Of a stretch of 64,000 bases of DNA, positions 1-11,273 are shown in pieces. The notes under the pieces were generated by a model. It ran no database searches and had not been told where the DNA came from. It saw nothing but the letters and a program-made list of their open reading frames with translations. This DNA is from Dictyostelium discoideum (Eukaryota): assembly GCA_000004695.1 (NCBI GenBank), contig CM000152.2:5408001-5472000 (forward strand), in the 5' to 3' direction. A program made the translations under genes and the position numbers. The first letter of the stretch is position 1. Each line of letters starts with the position of its first letter.

Positions 1-229
1 TCAATTTATTCTATTTTAATTTTATTAATTTCATTATTTAAATTTTTACTATTTTAAAATTTTAACACTAATAATAAATAAAAATCGATTTTATTATTTT
101 TTATAAACAAAGACAGTATATCTTTTTATTTATTTATTTATATTTGATATTGGTGATCCAAAAAAAAAAAAAACAATTTAAAGCAATCACAAAAAAAAAA
201 AAAAAAAAAGTATGAAACTGATTGTTGTG

Positions 230-260
<31 letters not shown>

Positions 261-422
261 TGTATCTTCCTTTAAAGATTTCTATATTTCTTTATTTTTA
301 TTTATTTATGTTATTTACAAAAACATTTAAATATGATTTTATATAAATTAATTTAAACCATATCTGTATGTAGTATCGCTATTGGTTTGTATTTGGTATT
401 ACAGTTATAATACTATAATTTA

Positions 423-1244
423 TTATTCATCACTTTCCTCATCACTTTCTTCATCTTGACTATCATCAACTTCAATTTCAGCTTCATTTGAAAATAATGA
501 CCAATTTACTTTTGTTTCCCCACCTTGTTGTTGTTCATTTTTATTCTCATTTTCCTTTTCAACATCCTCTTCCTCCTCCTCCTCCTCCTCCTGTTTCTCT
601 TCATTTTGATTTGTTTTTTCTTTTTTAATTGGTTTCTTTGTTGCATATGGATTTTCACCTACAACCATAGATGTTGCATCAAATGGTTTTAATGAATTTG
701 ATTCTTGAGTTTTTAATAATTCCATTTCTTTAAATATATAAAATTAATAGAAAAGTTAGTATACTAATTATAAATTATTATATATATATATATATTTATT
801 TTAAATAATTATTAATACAATACGAGCAGATAATAAATTTAAAGATTTCTTTGCATCATCTTCAATTGATTGTCTAATTTGTAAACATTTAGTTTTATGA
901 GTTGGCCAATGTTCAACTTGACATTCTCTACGACAATAGGATACAGAATTACAAGCTGAACATAATGAGAGTTTTGGTGGTTCACTTGCTGTTTTATCTG
1001 GTTTACATTTTGAATTACTGCATTTTGCTGTTAATGCCAAAGTTGGGTCTGAACTCTCACCTCTTTGTCTTAATAATAACTCTTGTTGAGATTTGAAAAG
1101 AGTTGGTGCTTCTGCTTGTGGTTTCTTTCCTGGATTGGAAATTTTACAATTCAATTTATTTGCTGCATTATTATTTGAATCTTTACGAATACCTAATTTA
1201 GCTTTCTTGGTTTTACCTCTTTTGGTTGTATATACTGATGCCAT
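423..1244 (-). CDS. MYND-type zinc-finger protein with acidic C-terminal tail. Proposed model complement(join(423..727,824..1244)), intron 728..823.
   Basis: ORF 801..1244(-) carries a MYND signature, C-x2-C...C-x2-C...H-x3-C ('CSACNSVSYCRRECQVEHWPTHKTKC'). A GTATTG donor lies 2 nt before its stop, and a ttaaAG acceptor lies 2 nt upstream of the ATG of ORF 423..725(-). Phase is 1 on both sides (c + aa = CAA), so the splice joins the two ORFs in frame. The 96-bp intron is pure AT. Confidence 0.5.
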
Positions 1245-1455
1245 TTATTATTAATGCACTGTAAAAGTAATTTATTTGTTTATTAATATAATTTTATTTT
1301 TTATTTTTAATTCGTATAAACAGATCTGTTTTTGAGTTAAAATAAATATTTTAAAAAATAAATAAAAAAAAAAAAAAAATAAATAAAAAAAAAAATAAAA
1401 ATTTAAAAAAAATAAAAATTAAAAAAAATAAAAATTTAATTTCGTTCATTCGTTC

Positions 1456-1492
<37 letters not shown>

Positions 1493-1611
1493 AAAGTAAA
1501 AATACATTTTATTGTAATATATCTTATTTAAATTGAAAAGAAAAAAAAACAAAAAATAAAAAACAAAAAAAAATAATAATATATTGGTTTTAAATTCTTT
1601 TAAAATTTTTG

Positions 1612-1655
<44 letters not shown>

Positions 1656-1660
1656 ATTTT

Positions 1661-1796
1661 CCAATTATTTTTTAAGAACAAGCATCTCAAAAAAAAAAAA
1701 AAGTTCACTCGACTTCTCCCCTTTATTATTTTATTAAATTTCACACTTTCCAATTTTTTTTGTTTAAGAACAAGCATCTCAAAAAAAAAAAAAAAA
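1661..1796 (+). promoter_or_regulatory. Imperfect ~45-bp direct repeat ('ccaatt(a)ttttt..aagaacaagcatctcaaaaaaaaaaaaa') in two copies ~90 bp apart, 70-200 bp upstream of the ATG at 1867.
   Basis: Copy 1 is about 1661..1702 and copy 2 about 1751..1796. Both contain the identical 24-mer 'ttaagaacaagcatctcaaaaaaa', which stands out from the homopolymeric surroundings. Confidence 0.3.
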
Positions 1797-1866
1797 TAAA
1801 CTTTTTTCTCTTAAGCATTTTTGTTTTTTTTTTTTTATTATTCAAAATCAATTTAAAATTATAAAA

Positions 1867-4243
1867 ATGAAAGATGATTTATTCTTTTCAGTATATAGAG
1901 ATATTAATATTAATAAATTAATATGGGGATTTGTTCAATCAGAATATAAAACATTAAATGATAAATTTAATTACTATGAAATTATAGACGCAAATTTAAT
2001 GGCAAGAAAGAAATGTTATCATGGATTATTAAGATATAAAGTAAAAAATGGTGATTTATTATCATTCAATATTGATGGTAGATTATCATTTAATGATATT
2101 TTTAATAATTTTAAAGATAGTAGTAGTAGTAGTTGTAGTAGTAGTAATAATAATAATGAAGAAACAAAAGAAGAAATGGAAGAGAAAGATGAAAAACAAA
2201 GTGAAAATTATAAATTTTATTTAAATTTGTTTGAAAATTATTCAAATTATTTTTTAACAGATATAAATGAAATATTAAGTTCAATAATTAAATGTAGTTG
2301 TATTATTGCATTCAAGGTTTTAGTTAATGAGTATGATTTAGAAGGTGATTGTAAACATTTAAAATCATTATATTTACAATCAATTAAAGAAGGTTCAACT
2401 GAAATTTCAGACTATTTTTTAAAAAATTTTAAATTGGAATTGAATGAAAATGATTATAAATCAATTTGGAATTTTTTATTAACCAACAACAGTGGTAGTA
2501 GTGACAGTAGTAGTAGTATTAGTAGTAATAATAGTAAATCAATGATTAATAAATCAATTCAGTATTTATCAAAATTAAATCAACTACCAACTCCAAATTT
2601 AATTCAATCAGTTCAACATATTATTGATTTTAATATTATTGATTCGAAATTTAATATAACATTTCAATTCTTATTAGATACATGCTATTCAATTTCTACA
2701 TTATCAACTGCAACAACAACAAATTTATTAAAAGATAATTTTAAATTTAATGAATTTGTTGGATTACAAAATAAAGAGATAGTGATATTAAGTAAAATTG
2801 AATTGGATGAAATTTCAAAAGTTTTAAAAGAAAGGGAATTATTATTGAAATCACCAATTAATTATGAAAGTGAAATTGAAGAAGAGAATGAAATTTTTAG
2901 AAAATTAGTTGGTATGTCAATAATATTTACATCATCATCAAATGAAAATTCAATTATTAATTTACTATTTTATAATGTAAAGTATGATAATTTACATTTA
3001 TCATTGATTGAATGTGGTAGTAGTGGTAGTGGTGGTGGTGGTAGTGATAGTATTAAAATCAATGAATATTATCCAATTAATAATGATTATACTATATCCA
3101 AAATAATTGATTGTGGTGATCATTTTTTTAATCAAATTTCAACAAGATTCTTTAAAACTAAATTATTATCAATGTTTAATAAAAACTCAATTAAATATCA
3201 ATCAATTAAAGATAGTTTTATAAATTCAATAATTGAATATCAAAAACAAAAACAAAAACAACAACAACAAAACATTGATCCATCAAATCTTTTAAATTTA
3301 TTAGAATTGGTAATTAAATCAAATGACTACATATTCATTAATGATTTCATTAATAAATTAGACCAAAATGAAATTAATTTACCTGATTTACCTTCAAATT
3401 ATTATAGATTTATTGATGTTTCATCATTACCACCAGTATCTTCAAATATTCCCTCGTCTTCTTCTTCTTCTTCCTCCTCCTCCTCCTCCTGTTCTTTTAA
3501 TAATGAAGAACCAATTAAAATATTTGATATTATTTATAAAAGATTTAAATCAAATTTCAATTTAAATTATTTTTTAAGAATACCATATATTAAAGATGTT
3601 GAAACATTTAATAATCAACAACAGCAACAACAACAACAACAAGTTGTTGATAATAGATATTCAGTATTGTTGTATCATTTAAAGAATAGTTATAAAAGTG
3701 ATTATTATCAATACATTAATAATCAATTTCAAATGGATAAAGAGTTTTTATATTGTGATTTCATCTTTGATAATTATGATGATTTTAGTTCACATTTAGA
3801 AACAATTTGGAATTCAGAGAATAGTTATTATAATATTGAACAACAACAACAACAAATTACAAATAATACAAAAGATTGTAAATTTAAATTAAAAAATTTC
3901 ATTACTTTATTTGAAAAAATTATTTTACCAAGCATTAAAAATAATAATAATAATAACAATAATAGCATATTCAAATTCACACCATTAGGATGTAAATTTT
4001 CACTTGAATGGATTTTAAAAAATCATCCAAAACTAATTGAAAATCAATCATTGGTAATTGATAATAATTTATATGGATATTATTATTATTGTAGAGGTTT
4101 TGAAACATTAAAAAATCAATTTATTAATAATAACAATAATAATAATCAAAAATCAATAATTTCAAAATTATTATTATCAAATCCATTAGAATTAATTATT
4201 AAACGTTGTGATTTACCTTGTTTAGAATTTATACTTGAAAATT

Positions 4244-4318
<75 letters not shown>

Positions 4319-4620
4319 GTAATAATAATCAAATTCAACAACATGATATTGAAAGAATAATGTTATTAATTTCAAGATTTAATCGTGTTGATGTTTTATC
4401 ATTTATTTTCACTTATTTCCCAAAATTATTAAATCAAGAAACAAAAACATATTTATTCACTCAATCAGTTTTAAATTTTGGTTCACTCGATACTATAGAA
4501 TATTTATTTCAAATCATTGGTTTTAGACCCAATCCATCCTCATTTAATCATTTACATCCTAAGGGTGAATTTAGAATACCACTCACTTATTATGAATTAC
4601 TTTATAATAACTGTTGGTAA
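1867..4620 (+). CDS. Hypothetical Asn/Ser-rich protein, 917 aa, single exon.
   Basis: Uninterrupted 2.75-kb ATG-initiated ORF, very unlikely by chance in 78% AT DNA. Contains (AAT)n poly-N tracts. I recognise no conserved catalytic motif. Confidence 0.6.
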
Positions 4621-4698
4621 TTGATTTTGTAAAAATAAAATAAAAATAAAAATAAAAGTAGAAATAAAAAAAAAAAAGTAAAAGTAATTTAAATATTT

Positions 4699-4735
<37 letters not shown>

Positions 4736-5177
4736 ATTATTATTAATGGAAAATCTATTTTTATTTTATTAAATCATTTTGGGTTAATTATTGTTCAATT
4801 TTGATATATTCCGTTATGAAAATATCAAAACAATACAAAAAAATCGCACAAATTTTCAACCCAATCAAAATCGTTCCAAACACTGGGACATAAATATAAA
4901 AAAGAAATTGACCCTTTTATTATTTTAATTTTTTTTTTTTTTATTTTTTTGATTTTTATTTTTTTGTTTAAAAACAGTTTTTGCGAAGTGAACAAACAAA
5001 AAAGATTCATTTTCAAAAAAAAAAAAAAAAAAATGGCACAAAAATATCTTATTTCAATTATTTTTAAATTTATTTTAAAATAAAAAATATCTTCCATTAT
5101 TGAAAAATACGCCTCCATGAGAGTATTTTTTTTATTTTTTATTATTTTTTTTTAACATTATTCGTTTTTGTGCAGAA

Positions 5178-5256
5178 ATGACGAAAAGAGTGACATTCAT
5201 TCTATTTTTATATTTATTTTTTAGTTTTACAAGTTAGTTTTATTTTTAACTTCTGT

Positions 5257-5290
<34 letters not shown>

Positions 5291-8200
5291 TAATCCACCA
5301 TTTTTTTTTTTTTTTTTTTTTTTCACTTTTTTTTTTTTTTTTTTTAAAGAATTTACTTTTAGTTTAAATATTATCAGTTCATCAATTTCAAAAAAAGAAG
5401 TAAATTTATTTGGAAATCAATTAAATTATGCAGCAATTGAAATAGAATTTGATAGTGATATATTCAAGTATGACTCATTAGGATGTCCAAATTTTAATTG
5501 TACATCAGTAGTTGGCCAAGATGAAATTGATTGTACTTGTGATTATACAGATGTTAATGATTGTCCAAAACAAATTGATTCATCATGTCCACCATGTCCA
5601 TTATTTGATAAATTTGATAATGATATAGAATTATGTAAAAACAATATTGATCCAACAGTTATTTGGACTACAGTAGTGAAAGATAAAGAATATATCTTTA
5701 CATCAGATAAATCCATTCAGTTAAGATATAAAGCAGATTCAAAGATATGTGAGCAAATTATGATACAAAATCATCAAATTAAAGGATTTTATAAATTATC
5801 AATGGGTTATTCACCAACATATTTCTCACAAAGGGATATGATTCTTAGTAATCCTTTAGTTTATGGTGTAATGAATATGTGTCCATCTGATAATATCTCT
5901 TACTTACAGGGTAAAGATTTTAATCAAGGTTGGACACAAGATACATTCTATTTCACACTTCAACCATTTAAAATTGGTAAACCATTTTCAATGTCATTCA
6001 AATTAACCTCAAAACCAGTACCACCAATTTTAACGACAACAATGACAAAATGTGAAAATATTACTAATACTCATCAATGTTTAAATGATGGTGAAATGGT
6101 TGAAAGAGATGAAGAACAACCTCAAACATACCATTATTATACATTTAAAGCGTTGAAGAGTGCAATATACACAATTAGATGTCCAACATTATATGAAACA
6201 GTTGGTATTTTAGCTGATGATGTTAATTCATTCCCAGTTTATTCATCGATAATACCTGCGAAATGGGCAAGTGTTGATAGTTTTGAAAATAATATTGTGG
6301 TTTATTTAGAAAAGGATAGTGTGATCTATATTGGTGTATACATTTCTTGGCCATCATTTTATACATTATCAATTACATCTCAAGCTTATTATTCACCAGT
6401 TAATATTTCAAGTTTACCTCCAATGGCTGCAATTTTTGCTCAAACTAAATCAAGTAGAATAAAGAATTCAATAACTCAAATCGCTTGTGAATCATGGTCT
6501 CAATGCTTTTTATATACAATTGGTGCGCCATACCTAAATAATGATCCAATATCACCTTTACCACCACCTTATTTAACTTATTTTATTCAAGATTCATTAC
6601 CATCCTTCTTTGATTTAGATTATGATGATACCTTATTAAATCCAATGAAATCAAAAACTTTTCAAGCTGCTTTCTTATTATCTTATAAAATTGGTTCTGC
6701 AACAACTTCAACTTTAATTGATTTTAATTTAGCTTTAAATTCACAAATTGAATTTTTATCAACATTTTTTGATAAAAATGGAATTGTAAGTTTTTTTTTT
6801 TTTTTCCTCAAGATTTATACTAATTATTATTTTTTAAAAAAAGGCAATTTCAAATATTGTATCATATAAAGAAAAAGAATTAGAATGTAATTATAAAGAT
6901 TTTAATGAAATTTTAAATGAAATTAATAGAATTGAAAATTTATTATATAATGTTACAGATTTAATGGAAATGAATAATTTAAGATATCAATTGGATACAT
7001 TAACAATTAGAAATAGTTATGTTGGATGTTCACATCAAGCAATTAAATTTTTAGAAAAGAAAACAGTTTTAAAGAATGTAACAGGTACCTATTGTAATTA
7101 TCAAACAACTGATCCAGAATTTGAAACTGATCCATGTTGTAGTTTAGTAATGAGATATAAACAATGTTGTAATCCAATTACAATGCAAATTGAAACGGTT
7201 GAATATGTTGGTATTGAATCAACTGATGTAAAAGATCAATGTTCCAATCCATTATGTACAGAGAGTGTTATCGATCAATATTACAATACATTGGATTCAA
7301 CACAAAATGAATGTACAATTGAAAATCAAGCATTAGATAAAATTAAAATCAATATAATTTCAACACTTCGTCAATGTCAATCAGATTTAAATATTTTATC
7401 ATCATCGAATGTAGATTGTACATTAGATAAAGATTGTTTAGAATTTAGTGGTTCAAAAAGTACTTGTGATTTATATTCAAGAAAATGTATACCAGATATT
7501 GAATATTTAGATAACCTTTACTTAAATTGTATTTTTAGTCAATTAGATAAAGGTATAATTTTTAAACTTTTAAAGAAACCTTTTATATTGGATAATCAAG
7601 ATTCATTAATTCAAGAGATTTACAATCATTATCAAAAAGATGATTGTATAAATCAAGGTCCATTTCCAAACCAAGATAGACAAAGATTTAAATATTATTC
7701 AAATTCACAAGAAGATCGTTATTATGAATCACCACTTTGTTTAGATGATTCATGTCCATTGGTTCATGATTTAAATTATGATGATATTTATGGTGATTTT
7801 AAAAGATTTTACAATTTAAATCAAGATACTATTGGTTATTGTGATCTATTAGGTTTTTGTAATTCAGATTCATCATGTATAGGTATTAATGGTGATCCAA
7901 CTCTTTCAATTTGTATTGATGATTGTAATGTAGATTTTTGTGGATTTTGTTCAAACAGTACCAATTCACTTTGTTATAATTTCAATATAAATGATCAAAC
8001 AACATGTGAATCATTAGGTCATTGTATGTTACCAAATGGTGATTATCAACAAACCACTCTAGAGAGTGAATGTCAACAATTAGGAGTTTGTTCAGTTCCT
8101 TGTGGTTATAGTTGTCAAGGTTTTATTGGTTGTGCAATTACAAATGTTATTAATGAAACTCAATGTTTAACAATTAATTCAACCACTTGGGATAACACAT

Positions 8201-10634
8201 TCAATTTATGTTATGATAATACTGTTTTAACAGTTGCACAATGTATTGGTGACCAATCAACAAACAATAATAATTATCAATGGGTTAATTGTACATCAAA
8301 TTCAATCGATAAATGTATTGGACCAAATACACCATTATTGTATGGTATTTGTTATTTAACAACAATTGAATGTAAATCAAAACAAGAATGTGAACAAGCA
8401 GGACAATGTTCAGATATGTATTATTTTTCACCTGAAAATACTAAAGGTTATCCATTGGGTTTAGGTAAATGTGTAAGACCTCATAATTTATATAGAAGTA
8501 TGGTTTCATGTTTTTATTCAAATAATATATTTGAAACTGAACAAGACTCACCAATGGGATGTTTCAATTATTTACCAAATGTATTCACAAGAAATGATTG
8601 TGAAGCATTAGGTGATGGTTATCAATGGTGGTCAGCAGCTCAAAGTGAATCAGAATGTTTATCAACTTTTGGTTGTAGTGTAATTCCAAGTGATAATTCA
8701 AAAATGTTACCATATAATAGATTATTTAATGAAATGGATTATGAAACTTGTGTAGGTTGTTATGAATCAACTAATGAATGGACCAATAAGTTCACCTATA
8801 AACATGGTGAATGGAAGAGTGGAATTTTCACACCAAAAGGTGTATGGATGCAAAGTAAATGGATTTCAACAGCAACTAGAACCACGTCATTAGATTATGA
8901 AAGAATCTATAATGATCTAATGACTAGTGCAAATTCTCAAATGTCAGATTTATTACGTTCTGAATATTTTTGTAGAATGTTTCGTACTAAAAATAATTTA
9001 AATTCAATTTCATGTAGTTGTTCAGGTGATGGCGATAGTTCATGTTTTAAAGAAACTTCATTACTTTTAGGTGAAACACAACCATGTCATTCAAAATCAA
9101 CTTCTTTCCATTTTAGCTATGGTCAGGTTTTATTTTCAAATGATTCAGTCCCTCAAGGTTGTGGTAATTGTTTAGTATCACAATATTCAAGACAACTATT
9201 TACCTCAGTTGAAAAACAATTATTCCCTTCAAATTTCGTATCTTATCCAAAGCCTGAAGATTTTGGTATTATAAATTCAAAAGGTGCTATAATTGGTACG
9301 ATTCTAGGTGATGGTATAGTAATAGAATCACAAGGTGTTATTAAATATAATGTTTGTTTAGCATTCACTTTAAATAAAGATTCAGAAAAATATCCAGTTT
9401 TAGATTTTGCAAGTTTAGATGAACAAACTAAAAAATTGTATCCTAAAGGTTTAGATCAAGGTTATATTGTGAAATTGGAAGATGGTGAAGATGATTTATT
9501 ATGTTTTGAAATTTTAAGTGTAAAACAAAAAGAAACATTATTCCCAATTAATCATATCAATGGCAATTGGGCTGAGGAAAATAAATCTTACTTTGATAAA
9601 TCAACACAAGGTTTATTATACACACTTGCAGCACTCTTTTTATTGGTTTCAATTTATGGTTTTTATCAATTGGTTATCATTTCCATCATTAGATTCAAAG
9701 GAATTATCACAAGGTTTGAATTGGTACACCTTTTACTATTAATGATTTTTATTTTCGTATCTGTGAGAATGGTTTATTTCTTCCTTTTACCAAAAGGTTA
9801 TCTAGCAGATTCTTCAATTGCAGATTATATATTGGTGGTTTTACCAACTTTCTTTTTCTTTAGTTGCTTTACAATCATTATTGTACTTTGGTATGCAATT
9901 GTATTTTTAGTATTAAAAAATAATAGTAGGGCAAGTGATTTAACTAAAAGAGTTAATTATATATTAATAATGGTAAATATTATTATTTATCTTTTATTAA
10001 TTTCAATTGTAATTGTTTTTCAATATACAAAAGATAGATATAATAATAATTGTGGTAATAGAATTATAATTGTAAGTTTTTTATTTTTTAAAAAAAAGAT
10101 ATATATATAAAGGTATATTTATTAATTTTTTTATTTTTATTTTTTATTTTTTTTTATTTTTAGGATGTTAAAACTTCAACAAGTCAAAAAGCAGTTTCAA
10201 TTGTTTATGCAGTTGTTCAAGCTACAATTAGTCTTGTAATTGGATCAGCATTTATTTATTTAGGTAGTAGCTTATATAGTTCAATGAGTAAAGCCATTTC
10301 AAATAGTAACAATGCAAGAGCTGTCAAGAAAGCAAAGAAAATCTTTTTATTAACTACAATCTCTGGTACTGGTTTTATATTACATTGTATTTTTATTATT
10401 ATTTTAGTTTCTATAAAGAATCCAAGTGTTATTTTTAGTTTTATTGGTTTAATAATAACTGAAATCATACCATCTGTTACTATTTTATATTGTTATGACC
10501 AAAGAGTTGGCTTACACTTGGATAGATCTTTAAATACAAAAACATCATCAGCAACTTCATCCTCTTCTTCAAATAAATTAAGCAAATTAACTTCAACTGA
10601 GAAAACTTTTAGTGAAAATTTATCCTCAGAATAA
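5178..10634 (+). CDS. Secreted/membrane Cys-rich protein with a C-terminal 7-transmembrane module, ~1730 aa. Model join(5178..5232,5350..6785,6844..10071,10164..10634).
   Basis: Exon 1 encodes a signal peptide ('MTKRVTFILFLYLFFSFTS') and ends at a GTTAGT donor. The acceptor is at 5348-5349. The GTAAGT donors at 6786 and 10072 pair with acceptors at 6842-6843 and 10162-10163. All junctions keep the track ORFs 5676..6869, 6964..10110 and 10284..10634 in one frame with no stops. The ectodomain is very Cys-rich (dozens of C in CxxC/CxC spacing). The C-terminus has 7 hydrophobic helices ('LLYTLAALFLLVSIYGF', 'LVHLLLLMIFIFVSV', 'YILVVLPTFFFFSCFTIIIVLWYAIVFLVL', ...). Confidence 0.6.
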
Positions 10635-11273
10635 AAACTATATAGGAAATAATTAATAAATAAATTCATTCATTCACACTAGACCAGTGGCCGCTACTAC
10701 ATTTTTGATCAGAATTTTAAAAAAAACGTTTTTTTTTTTTTTTTTTTTTTTTTGTAAAAAACAAATAATCTAAAAGGTTTTAAATTTTTTTAATAAAGAT
10801 TTTGATTAAATAATTATTAATTATTGAAATTTCATTTAAAAATTAAACTTTTTTTTTTTTAAAAAAAAAAAGGTTTAAAAATTAATTAACTTTAAGATAA
10901 AAAAAATTAATCAAAGATATTTTACTTTCTAAGGTAAAAAAAAAAAACTGAAAATGAAATTAAGTTTGGGAAATTTACAAATTTTTTTTTTTTTTTTTTG
11001 GGCGATAAGATTTTTTAAAATTAAAAAACATTACCATAACCTTTTTTTTTAGTTTCAAAAAAGAAAAAAACTGACAATGGTGAAGGGGTCTATTAACACT
11101 AAAAAATCCACAACCTTTAGATACAGGTGTTTGTAATTTTGTTATTTTTTGTTATTTTTTAGAATTTTTTTTTTTTTTTTTTTCCTTATTTAAATTAATT
11201 TTATAAAACATTAATTTTATACTTTTAATAATTAATTATCAATAAAAAAATAATAATAATTTAAATAAAAAAA

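Noticed and set aside
902-1096. 64-aa ORF on the + strand inside the MYND gene. Also 11686..11874 and 11835..12032 inside the Cry-like gene, 9560..9742 inside the 7TM gene, 54601..54798 opposite the 3-exon gene, and 35156..35371, 35993..36331, 36708..37009 and 37244..37645 opposite NVL.
   Set aside because: These are overlapping or antisense ORFs within well-supported genes. None has a conserved motif.
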